Shown here piece after piece: positions 18,108 through 26,099 of a stretch of DNA of 33,624 bases (the stretch's first letter is position 1; each line of letters starts with the position of its first letter). A program made the position numbers and the translations under genes. Source of the stretch: an uncultured virus (IMG/VR IMGVR_UViG_3300030330_001767) (taxonomy: Duplodnaviria; Heunggongvirae; Uroviricota; Caudoviricetes); IMG/VR virus record IMGVR_UViG_3300030330_001767; one strand, given 5' to 3'. The notes below the pieces were generated by a model. That model was not told where the DNA came from. It made no database searches and saw nothing but the letters and a program-made list of their open reading frames with translations.

Positions 18108-18586
18108 TCAATCAACCCCTTAAGCCTGAATACTTCATCTAAGCCTTTAGCAGTCAAGTGTTTTTTAGTTTCTACATTGATTAGAATAAGTAGAAAGGTC
18201 AACCACGTTTCTTTACTATCTTCTTTACCTGCATAGATAATATTAGTTTCATCTAAAGCATCTTGCAAGTAAACTTCTTGAAAATTACGTATTTGGTCTA
18301 TTCTTCCTATTCTAAGTATAGGTCTTGGTCTTGCTTTTGACTCAGACTCCTTTAATGTAGAATAAATACCATTTTGAGTGAAAACTCTCTGTAATTTACT
18401 AAGAAGAAACATATCTCCTCTAAAATCAATAGAGAGTTTGACTTTGTATCCTAAATCATGACGGCTATCCTTGTTTATCCTGACTATTGGCCTTGCTAAC
18501 ACTGCACATATACCTGATACTGCGTCTTTGTTTAGCCCTTCAACCGATATCAAGTTCCACACAACACTTCGTAAGCAATTTAGCAC
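18104..18586 (-). CDS. Single-domain LAGLIDADG-like protein, probably catalytically degenerate
   Basis: LGYKVKLSI strand and C-terminal KKHLTAKGLDEV resemble LAGLIDADG endonucleases. The N-terminal helix VSGICAVLA lacks the acidic residue. Start uncertain. Confidence 0.6.
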   Translation of the reverse strand: MLNCLRSVVWNLISVEGLNKDAVSGICAVLARPIVRINKDSRHDLGYKVKLSIDFRGDMFLLSKLQRVFTQNGIYSTLKESESKARPRPILRIGRIDQIRNFQEVYLQDALDETNIIYAGKEDSKETWLTFLLILINVETKKHLTAKGLDEVFRLKGLIE

Positions 18587-18599
18587 ATAATAATTTGCC

Positions 18600-20156
18600 C
18601 TAAGACATCATTTGTATGTCTAAAATCGAGTTACAGTCTTTCGGGAACTTGTCGTTGCGTATCTTTACAACTCTTGGAAATCGTAGGCCATATTCACCTT
18701 CGCTATCTTGAGTAATAACGTCACAAGTAACCTCAAGAACAATTCTCGGTAAGATATAGAATGTATCTCCTGAATACTTCTCTACAACTTTCTTCAATTC
18801 AGTTGTAAGGTATGCTAAATCTCCATCGGAAAGACCTGTTCCTACTGAACCAACAGATTTGTAGCCACTGGACGAAGATGAATCCAATACAGATATACCA
18901 AATGTACCAAACACATTTCTTCTCTTACCATCACCATATTGAGCAGATGTAATAACAACATCCAAATCAATTCGTGGTGGTTTGTGTTTCAACATTGAAT
19001 TACTTCTCTTCCCCGCTTGATAACTAGCATTCAAATCTTTAATCATTATACCTTCAAATCCATCATTGATAGCCATGTTATATGCTCTTTCTACATCGCC
19101 GTCAGTATACGCTCTTACTCTATTCCATGAAGGAAAATCGGGTAAGTGCATTAATCTTTCACGATATCTTTGTTCAATCAACGAGACATCCATGTAATGT
19201 AGAATATCAAATATCACCATATGAACTGGACAATCTTCAACTGCTTTCTCTATATCTTTGGAATGTACTCTTGTTGCTAATTTCTTATGTTCAGCCGGAA
19301 CATCAGAACCTTGACTCACGACTGGATAAATCTCAGTATCTAAAATGAAATTATGAGCGTTAAATGATTTAACTAAATCTACAACATCAGGGTATTGGTA
19401 TGTTACAATCTTACCTTTACGATTGAAGATTATCACACTATCCCTATCTCTATGAATCTGATATCTATTACCATCATACTTTACATCTATAATGTAGTCA
19501 TCAGGTAACTTGTATGGTGCTTGGTGTTTCTTTGCTAATGAGCAAGGAATGAACTTACCGACACCTGTTATACAAGGCGGTTCATTTCCATTTGACAAAT
19601 ACCTGTATACTTCAACAGGACTGTGAAACTTCACATACTTATCAATATCAGAATTAGGGAATCTTCTCTTCAACAGACTTGTTACCGCTTTTTCACCCAC
19701 ACCGTTTCTTGGGTTTCTCAACCAATATCTTAGAAACCATTTCAATTCAAGAGCAGACATATCATTTGTTCTTTCGTTGAAAACAGTATAGGCATCACTA
19801 TTGATAGAAGAACAGTCAGTAACTAACAAACTATGAAGTTCTTTCAATGTTATATTAGAATCAATAGTGAACTCATCAGATAGAAATTGCATCATTCCCT
19901 CAGACAAATCTCCCCAAATGTCTGCTTGAGTTTTTACCTCATCTTCAAACATACCAAAGGAATTGGCAATCCAAGTTATTGCTCTTTTCTGACCAATGTT
20001 ATTCACATCATATTCTAAAGATAATATCTCAAGAAGAATATGCGGGTCTTTGAAGGCATTCAAGGATTCATCAATAATACGAATCTTGTCTACTGTTCTA
20101 TTTTGTTGTTCTATTGCTTCACACATTCTTGCAAATCTAATCAGACTCATTCTCAT
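18600..20156 (-). CDS. lig: ATP-dependent DNA ligase
   Basis: KYDGNR (motif I), ILDTEI, FDIL, EGIMIK, LRFPR. Confidence 0.95.
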   Translation of the reverse strand: MRMSLIRFARMCEAIEQQNRTVDKIRIIDESLNAFKDPHILLEILSLEYDVNNIGQKRAITWIANSFGMFEDEVKTQADIWGDLSEGMMQFLSDEFTIDSNITLKELHSLLVTDCSSINSDAYTVFNERTNDMSALELKWFLRYWLRNPRNGVGEKAVTSLLKRRFPNSDIDKYVKFHSPVEVYRYLSNGNEPPCITGVGKFIPCSLAKKHQAPYKLPDDYIIDVKYDGNRYQIHRDRDSVIIFNRKGKIVTYQYPDVVDLVKSFNAHNFILDTEIYPVVSQGSDVPAEHKKLATRVHSKDIEKAVEDCPVHMVIFDILHYMDVSLIEQRYRERLMHLPDFPSWNRVRAYTDGDVERAYNMAINDGFEGIMIKDLNASYQAGKRSNSMLKHKPPRIDLDVVITSAQYGDGKRRNVFGTFGISVLDSSSSSGYKSVGSVGTGLSDGDLAYLTTELKKVVEKYSGDTFYILPRIVLEVTCDVITQDSEGEYGLRFPRVVKIRNDKFPKDCNSILDIQMMS

Positions 20157-20361
20157 TCACCTTGTTTTTTATTTTTATTAACGCTTTCAACATTGTATCT
20201 AATTCGTCCATGTTGATTCTGATGCCCTTTTTGGTGGGCTTACCATCACTATACCATCTCACATCTACAACTTCTGTCTTCCAGTAATTACCTGTTTTAA
20301 CCAGTAATTCCATTGTAGCGTTTCTTGGTATTCTCGCTATTGTTTCAAATTTATCACTCAT
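20137..20361 (-). CDS. PC4/YdbC-like ssDNA-binding protein
   Basis: VDVRWY...PTKKGI signature. Confidence 0.8.
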   Translation of the reverse strand: MSDKFETIARIPRNATMELLVKTGNYWKTEVVDVRWYSDGKPTKKGIRINMDELDTMLKALIKIKNKVNENESD

Positions 20362-20759
20362 TCATACCATCCTTCCTTAAATCTATTCAAATCTTTCAAA
20401 CTGGTAAATGTTCTAATTCCCTCTACATCATCTATTCTTGTAGCAATGTAGACAACACCCCCGATACTACTTATCTTAATTATCTCATAAGTCCTATTTT
20501 CAGGGTGTTCAAACACTTCCATTGTCTCAATCTCAGGAACTAAACCATAGGTCTTAGATAACTCAGAACTAATTGAACTTAGGTTGTTAGCCACATACTT
20601 CACAATCAACGCTTTTTGGATTGGAACTTTAGCATCAACAACCAGTTTAATCTTACCTTGCATCTCGCAAACCTTGCATTTATTTCCTTCACAGATAGGA
20701 CACTGTATCTCCGCAGGTAGCGGAGCGGGGAACTGAACAGTTACCGCAGGTTTACTCAT
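20358..20759 (-). CDS. Hypothetical Zn-binding protein
   Basis: CPICEGNKCKVC. Confidence 0.65.
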   Translation of the reverse strand: MSKPAVTVQFPAPLPAEIQCPICEGNKCKVCEMQGKIKLVVDAKVPIQKALIVKYVANNLSSISSELSKTYGLVPEIETMEVFEHPENRTYEIIKISSIGGVVYIATRIDDVEGIRTFTSLKDLNRFKEGWYE

Positions 20760-21214
20760 TCTCTACCATTCCATACACGATATGTTGCACTGTAATCAAC
20801 AGTAACATCAAACGGATAGGATGGGAACATCAAAGAAACATTTCCAAAACCGTATGCGAAACCGCTATCCCAAGTGTAACTTAGATTGTCTATGGATTGG
20901 TGGTAGTATCCTGAAATATCATATGAGTAATTGTTGAATCTAACAGTATTGTTTACTATATCAAAACTTAGATGGGTCATGTTGTATGTGAACTCTCCAC
21001 ATTCAATAAAACCGTATGTAGCGTTAGTGTCCAACCAAACTGTTTCGTATGTTGTATTATTCATGTCCTCATGTAAGTATGTGAAAGAACCTGTTACTGT
21101 GACCCAATCAGGGTCAGTGGATACAACTTCTTCCTCAAACACTTCATCGGGGTCAGGTATTGTGCAACCTGCAAGTAAAACAGATATCATCAGTAAAGCC
21201 ATTGCTTTCTTCAT
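20756..21214 (-). CDS. Putative lipoprotein
   Basis: Signal peptide MKKAMALLMISV with LLAGC lipobox; several NxS/T sequons. Track start 21229. Confidence 0.7.
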   Translation of the reverse strand: MKKAMALLMISVLLAGCTIPDPDEVFEEEVVSTDPDWVTVTGSFTYLHEDMNNTTYETVWLDTNATYGFIECGEFTYNMTHLSFDIVNNTVRFNNYSYDISGYYHQSIDNLSYTWDSGFAYGFGNVSLMFPSYPFDVTVDYSATYRVWNGRE

Positions 21215-21219
21215 TAGAA

Positions 21220-21432
21220 TCACTCCCAATTGTTTTGTTCTTGGTGTATGTCATGTGCAGTTTGTGGCTCAACAAATCTTGGGTCAACTGTTTCTGTTTG
21301 AGGGTCAGCATACAACGCCGCCTCTAACAGATGCGTAATAACATCCTTCACCGTCTTCCCTTCGTCCAATGAAATTTGGACTATTTCTTCAAACATTTCA
21401 TTTCTTTCCAGTTCAATCTTAAACATCTTCAT
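21220..21432 (-). CDS. Hypothetical protein (possible ribbon-helix-helix)
   Basis: 70 aa, coupled; strand-helix-helix pattern. Confidence 0.5.
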   Translation of the reverse strand: MKMFKIELERNEMFEEIVQISLDEGKTVKDVITHLLEAALYADPQTETVDPRFVEPQTAHDIHQEQNNWE

Positions 21433-21755
21433 ATTTCTTCATCTCCGTAAAACTCGTCTATTGATGGCTCAGACTCGTTGCCAAAGGCAATCTCGCCCTG
21501 CACATGAAGGTTATCATTCTTTTTCTCCTTCGCCAAATCCTTCTCATGTTGTATTTCCATCATAATAACGAATGCTCTTTCCAGTTTTTTGTCGCTAAAA
21601 TCAATAGGTTCACCATTGTTACGCATACAATCTTCAAGTAATCCACGCATATGGAATACTAATCCGGCTAATTCTTTATTCTCCTTAACTAAGGTTTTAA
21701 CTCCCTTAGCAAGACTTGTTGCATTTTCTATCATTGTTTGTCCTTCTGTTTTCAT
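21429..21755 (-). CDS. Hypothetical protein
   Basis: 108 aa with ATGA overlaps. Confidence 0.6.
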   Translation of the reverse strand: MKTEGQTMIENATSLAKGVKTLVKENKELAGLVFHMRGLLEDCMRNNGEPIDFSDKKLERAFVIMMEIQHEKDLAKEKKNDNLHVQGEIAFGNESEPSIDEFYGDEEI

Positions 21756-21988
21756 AATATCTTCTTCCTATCAATTGTGAAGTCTGCTACATCCATCAGT
21801 GCTACTCCTTCTTTGTCTGCAATATACTGACCAGTTTCTCTAATCATTGCATACAACTTACTCAAGTTAGCACCGATACGGTAGATTTCTTCGTTGTCGC
21901 CTATTATAATGTCAATGTTCTTTTCTAATTCTGCTACTTTTATTTCTAAATCTTCTATTCTTTTGTTATACATATTTTCATCCTCCAT
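21752..21988 (-). CDS. Hypothetical coiled-coil protein
   Basis: 78 aa with GGTGAG SD. Confidence 0.6.
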   Translation of the reverse strand: MEDENMYNKRIEDLEIKVAELEKNIDIIIGDNEEIYRIGANLSKLYAMIRETGQYIADKEGVALMDVADFTIDRKKIL

Positions 21989-22378
21989 TTACTCACCTAT
22001 TCTCAATGTTCTCCAGTTATTCCATGTTACGGCATCCATTTTAGCAGTGAATATAGTTCCACTTACCATGTGTATGTCTACTGAAAGACAGTTCCGATAA
22101 GGTTCTTCATCAATCGGTTCGTGAGTGTATGCTATTACGTGCTTAGGGCTGAGTGTAGTTGTTCCTGATTCGGTTTCTATTGTAAACAACAACGGCATAC
22201 CAAATGGTTCAGTTCCTAAAGAATCACCACCACCAAATAAGAAACTAGGTCTAAATCCTTGATTTGAATTAATGTCATTCAACTGTCCTTGTATACCCTT
22301 TTCAAACTGCTTAACCTGTTCATGTATTGGACTATCTTCGGGGATTAACCCATCTCTTACATCATCGTAGTAACCCAT
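21989..22378 (-). CDS. Hypothetical protein
   Basis: Start MGYYD at 22378 after GAGGAGG; the track start is 22444. Confidence 0.6.
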   Translation of the reverse strand: MGYYDDVRDGLIPEDSPIHEQVKQFEKGIQGQLNDINSNQGFRPSFLFGGGDSLGTEPFGMPLLFTIETESGTTTLSPKHVIAYTHEPIDEEPYRNCLSVDIHMVSGTIFTAKMDAVTWNNWRTLRIGE

Positions 22379-22379
22379 A

Positions 22380-22883
22380 TCATTCCTCCTCTTGGTGTTT
22401 CTCAGGGTCTTGTTCCAACAACCCATAGTATACTTTCTTTGCACGAATTGTTTCAGGCTCGTATGCTAAATACTGATTGTCTCCAATAACAATTGCAGAC
22501 TTTAGTATAGGCTTCCATGTCTTGATTGTCTTCCAGTCTGTTCCACTGAAATACGCACTACCAAATGGATGTGTGTGAATCCAACACTTAATCGGTATCC
22601 TCATTGGTGCGCCATTCACTAATTCATCTTCATGTCCTTCAAAGGATACGAATGATGCTGAACCACTGCTGATATACAAATCATCTTTATCATCAACGAT
22701 AACTTGCACTTCTTTGTCTCCAAGTATCTCAGTTGACATCTTCCATATCGCCCAAATGAACGCTTCTGTTTCGTTGTTTGGATATAGGAACTCTATCTTA
22801 TCTTTGAAGTCTTCAAAGACTTCTCGGATATGTCCCTTCCAATCAAACTCTTCCTGTTCTGTTAATTCTATTTCTTCTTCCAT
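22380..22883 (-). CDS. JAB/JAMM (MPN+) metallopeptidase
   Basis: Complete JAMM motif: E (KEVQ)...HTHPFGSAYFSGTD (HxHx7Sx2D). Start MEEEI at 22883; the track start is 22940. Confidence 0.9.
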   Translation of the reverse strand: MEEEIELTEQEEFDWKGHIREVFEDFKDKIEFLYPNNETEAFIWAIWKMSTEILGDKEVQVIVDDKDDLYISSGSASFVSFEGHEDELVNGAPMRIPIKCWIHTHPFGSAYFSGTDWKTIKTWKPILKSAIVIGDNQYLAYEPETIRAKKVYYGLLEQDPEKHQEEE

Positions 22884-22885
22884 GT

Positions 22886-23035
22886 TTATTCCTCTTCTGT
22901 TTTTTTCATTTTTGCTGACGCTTTCTCTAATTGTATCCAATCGGAAAACGTTAGACTTTCATTTATTGTTCCATCAAGTAATGCTTGTTCATAAGAATCT
23001 CGCATTTCCTGAAACTTTCTCCCCATCTTTCCCAT
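22886..23035 (-). CDS. 49-aa hypothetical protein (not in ORF track)
   Basis: Hand translation MGKMGRKFQEMRDSYEQALLDGTINESLTFSDWIQLEKASAKMKKTEEE; fills the gap; GGTGG SD. Confidence 0.55.
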   Translation of the reverse strand: MGKMGRKFQEMRDSYEQALLDGTINESLTFSDWIQLEKASAKMKKTEEE

Positions 23036-23269
23036 TCAAGCACCACCCATTTCTTCGGCTATCAAGTCTTGAGCATTCTCAAACTCATGGTATGCCTTGT
23101 GACCTGCAATGAAACCACCTGCATGACGTTTAGTTCCTAAGAACTCTTCACCACAAACAGGACAAGTAACCTTGACTATCTCTGCTTGCTCATAAAATCC
23201 ATCAGTGGATATTGCAGTTATCATTTCGCCTATCATATCTTCATCTAAGTTTTCTATTTCTTCGCTCAT
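23036..23269 (-). CDS. Small Zn-finger protein
   Basis: CPVC...H...H, C2H2-like. Confidence 0.65.
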   Translation of the reverse strand: MSEEIENLDEDMIGEMITAISTDGFYEQAEIVKVTCPVCGEEFLGTKRHAGGFIAGHKAYHEFENAQDLIAEEMGGA

Positions 23270-23511
23270 GCTTTCACCTTCAAATAGTGTCTCAGTGGTT
23301 TTATTACTTTAGGTGTCGAGACAACTTCTTTCACCTTCTCCTGTTTTGGTACGGAGATACCGGAAAGGACTCTCCTTCTATACTGTTCCTTCCACATAAC
23401 TTGAACACAATCATTGCAGAACCTTCTGCTATCTGCCAAATGTTCGGGAACAGGCTCATCCTCTTTACCACAAAGAGTCTTCCCCAATATAGAGAAATGA
23501 ATATACTTCAT
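23266..23511 (-). CDS. Hypothetical Zn-binding protein
   Basis: H...TLCG...CNDC. Confidence 0.6.
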   Translation of the reverse strand: MKYIHFSILGKTLCGKEDEPVPEHLADSRRFCNDCVQVMWKEQYRRRVLSGISVPKQEKVKEVVSTPKVIKPLRHYLKVKA

Positions 23512-23702
23512 TCCTTAGCACCTTCTTCTATTGTTTTCATTATGTTCTTGTCAGCATATCCGTAAGAGACATCCATACCAAATCCTATTTCGTGCATTAA
23601 CTGCATTAGCATGACCATTCTATCTTCAATGTGATGTGGTGGGTCACATGGTTCACCATCTACATCATACTGAACTGCTATTGTGTAGTATTTCTTACTC
23701 AT
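23508..23702 (-). CDS. Hypothetical protein
   Basis: 64 aa with ATGA overlaps. Confidence 0.55.
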   Translation of the reverse strand: MSKKYYTIAVQYDVDGEPCDPPHHIEDRMVMLMQLMHEIGFGMDVSYGYADKNIMKTIEEGAKE

Positions 23703-23944
23703 GTCTCTTTCTCCTTGTATGCGGGATGTTTCTTTGGTAGACGATGTAATCTACTTGTGATTAGTTTCTGTATTTGACGTGCAATTTCTCCACTCCCATC
23801 TTCCCAACGCTTTACCAATCTAGGGTATTTATCATCGTCTTTGTATTGGTGAACCATCTTCTCTTCTAATTCAGACAAGTCAATCTTATCCATTAGATGT
23901 TTAAGCACTTCATATTCAACGTGTATCTTTGAACCTGCTCTCAT
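23699..23944 (-). CDS. Hypothetical protein
   Basis: Start MRAGS at 23944 via an ATGA overlap; the track start is 23953. Confidence 0.6.
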   Translation of the reverse strand: MRAGSKIHVEYEVLKHLMDKIDLSELEEKMVHQYKDDDKYPRLVKRWEDGSGEIARQIQKLITSRLHRLPKKHPAYKEKET

Positions 23945-24117
23945 GGTGTCCACTCCAATACACTAACCCATTCTCTTGTCACTGTTAACGTCACATATTG
24001 TCGTTCATCTTTCCTTTTTCCCATTTCCCTCATAGAGTAATAGATTCTCTTGTCTGCATAATGCTCATCAAGAAAACTATCTATCTCTTCGGGATACCCA
24101 ATCAATTGTATTATCAT
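23941..24117 (-). CDS. 58-aa hypothetical protein (not in ORF track)
   Basis: Hand translation MIIQLIGYPEEIDSFLDEHY...WVSVLEWTP; ATGA overlaps at both ends. Confidence 0.55.
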   Translation of the reverse strand: MIIQLIGYPEEIDSFLDEHYADKRIYYSMREMGKRKDERQYVTLTVTREWVSVLEWTP

Positions 24118-24407
24118 TCTTCTTCACTCCAGTTGACTAAAGCCTCCATTACCATCTCAGGAGTAACTGTTTCATTTTCTTCAACTAACTTATATCGAAT
24201 TTGTCGTTCTCTAAGTAAACCTTTACCAATAGCAATTGCTTGTTGTGTGTCACCGAGTCCCAATCTTGTAGGTATAACAATAAGACAATCACAAACATCA
24301 CAACATCTACCTTCAAACGGTGCGGCGTTGTTTCCTTCGCTCCAAAACACCTTTCCGTTGTGGTCTTTTCTCTGCTCAATTTCTCTTTCGCATAAACTGC
24401 ATTTCAT
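24114..24407 (-). CDS. Cys-rich hypothetical protein
   Basis: CSLC...GNNAAP...RCCDVC. Confidence 0.65.
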   Translation of the reverse strand: MKCSLCEREIEQRKDHNGKVFWSEGNNAAPFEGRCCDVCDCLIVIPTRLGLGDTQQAIAIGKGLLRERQIRYKLVEENETVTPEMVMEALVNWSEEE

Positions 24408-24571
24408 ATTATCATCTCCAAAATAAATGCAATGTTGATTATAACTGATACACCTAACATACCTACAACCTTAGCATATCTCTCTTGTGTTTCTACAAGA
24501 CTTTCATGTAAGCGAGAGTAGACATCAAAATATGTGTGTAGTTGTAAAAAGTCTTCTTTGGTTTCTGTCAT
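24404..24571 (-). CDS. 55-aa tail-anchored membrane protein (not in ORF track)
   Basis: Hand translation MTETKEDFLQ...VVGMLGVSVIINIAFILEMII; ATGA overlaps at both ends; directly downstream of the E1 gene. Confidence 0.55.
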   Translation of the reverse strand: MTETKEDFLQLHTYFDVYSRLHESLVETQERYAKVVGMLGVSVIINIAFILEMII

Positions 24572-25158
24572 ACATTCAACACCATCTTATCTGCAACGTT
24601 CTCATTATCAACGAACCATCTCTGTATCCACTGAGAAGCAACACCTGCAATTGCAATCTGCATACAGTTCACTTGTTCAGGGCTACCATCCCAATCTCCT
24701 CCTTGACAGGAGAACGAACCTTCTGCACCTGCTAACAAATCATCAACAAGATTCTCGTTAACCTTGTAAGAGATTAGTGCGGCGTTTCTGCCTTGCGCTC
24801 TCAAATCTAACCACTTGAGTTTAGCGTCATCACCGTATCCTTGACGGTACAACATTCTTCTCACGGCTAAGTTATCTGCACAACAGATTACCAAGTCGTA
24901 TCCTTTCAGTTGCTTTTCTACTAAAACCAAAAAGGGTTGCTCATCTACTAGTTTCAAACCATTGACCTTCAATCTTTCATTGACGGCACTTACTTTAGTT
25001 TGACCAACTGTATCAGGTATGAAGTTCTGATATGTCAGATTCTTCTCTTCTAACTTATCATCGTCAAATACTGTTATGTCGTATATTCCTATTCGGGAAA
25101 GGAAGTCAATCAAATAACTACCAATTCCACCTGTTCCTATTATCATTATCTTTCTCAT
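24568..25158 (-). CDS. ThiF/MoeB/E1-like adenylyltransferase (Ubl-activating enzyme)
   Basis: IIGTGGIGS, DDDKLEEKNLTYQ, VGQTK and CADN motifs; candidate catalytic Cys in SFSCQ; no CxxC Zn site. Confidence 0.9.
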   Translation of the reverse strand: MRKIMIIGTGGIGSYLIDFLSRIGIYDITVFDDDKLEEKNLTYQNFIPDTVGQTKVSAVNERLKVNGLKLVDEQPFLVLVEKQLKGYDLVICCADNLAVRRMLYRQGYGDDAKLKWLDLRAQGRNAALISYKVNENLVDDLLAGAEGSFSCQGGDWDGSPEQVNCMQIAIAGVASQWIQRWFVDNENVADKMVLNV

Positions 25159-26099
25159 TGTGTATTCCTCATTACTATTACATTTTGCATTATTTCATCC
25201 AATCCATATAGATGAATATTCTTTCTTTCTATTCCCAACATCTCAGAAATGGTATCAGTGTGAGTGCGTAGCGTTACCTCTGATACACTGAAATATTGTT
25301 TTACGTCTATCTGTCTTATTGGTGTGTCTGTTAGTTTACCTGCTATCCAAAGTGTTGTTGCTAATTGACTATCAGCAAACCTCAAATCTCTTTCATTGTA
25401 TTTGTTCTGAATGAACTCTACAAAGTTGAAAAAATCTCTTCTATCTCTAATAGAAACACAGTTTGCTTCAAACCAATCTAAGAACCCTGTTACCATGTTA
25501 GGTATATTTCTCTCAGCAAAGATGTGAGACTTCCTGTAAAACTTAGCAATCTTCTTCGCAGTTCTTACAACTCTCTTCATCTCTACTCCACTAGTTTTAA
25601 CAAAATCTTTCAGTGAAACATTACCATTATCATTCAAGATAAAGTATGCTAAACCTGCTGCCCTGTCTTCTATTGAGTGTCCCCGAAGTATTTGATGTTG
25701 CATCAACCGTTGATACAGATACACCACATGGTCAGTGTCTATCGCATCACCACTTTTATGTGGCGACATAAACATAACACACATACGATGTCCTTGAGCA
25801 TCAGTTCTACTATGATATCTTGTATCAGAAGTAACTCTTCTATTCAGTAAACCCAACCTATGCTTTCTCGTATGGTTACTTTGGTCATGCCAACCACCTA
25901 CAAAAGAACCCAGTGTTTTGTTGTTATCTTTACTATGATTCCAATGTTGTTGATATCCACTATCAGAAGTAACTTGTTTAAGACCAACTCTTTCCTCAAA
26001 TATATCGCAGTTCAACACTAAACCACAATCAGAACAAATAGTGTAGCCTAATCGCTCATCAAACTCAGTTGAAAATGAACCACATTCAGAACACTTCAT
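25155..26099 (-). CDS. tfb: Transcription factor B (TFB/TFIIB) homolog
   Basis: Zn ribbon CSECGS...ICSDCGLV, RGHSIE, two cyclin-like repeats, VSEVTLR recognition helix. Confidence 0.85.
   Translation of the reverse strand: MKCSECGSFSTEFDERLGYTICSDCGLVLNCDIFEERVGLKQVTSDSGYQQHWNHSKDNNKTLGSFVGGWHDQSNHTRKHRLGLLNRRVTSDTRYHSRTDAQGHRMCVMFMSPHKSGDAIDTDHVVYLYQRLMQHQILRGHSIEDRAAGLAYFILNDNGNVSLKDFVKTSGVEMKRVVRTAKKIAKFYRKSHIFAERNIPNMVTGFLDWFEANCVSIRDRRDFFNFVEFIQNKYNERDLRFADSQLATTLWIAGKLTDTPIRQIDVKQYFSVSEVTLRTHTDTISEMLGIERKNIHLYGLDEIMQNVIVMRNTQ

Noticed and set aside
4689..24379. Nested minus-strand ORFs 4689-4877, 14004-14198 and 24185-24379
   Set aside because: They are alternate frames inside larger genes, with no motifs or SD support.
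23036..24407. RING-type E3 ligase among the Cys-rich small ORFs
   Set aside because: None has the eight-ligand cross-brace RING spacing.
24568..25158. Thiamine or molybdopterin biosynthesis auxiliary gene
   Set aside because: No thiG, moaE or other pathway genes in the window, and the enzyme lacks the Zn motifs. A sulfur-relay role remains possible but is unsupported here.
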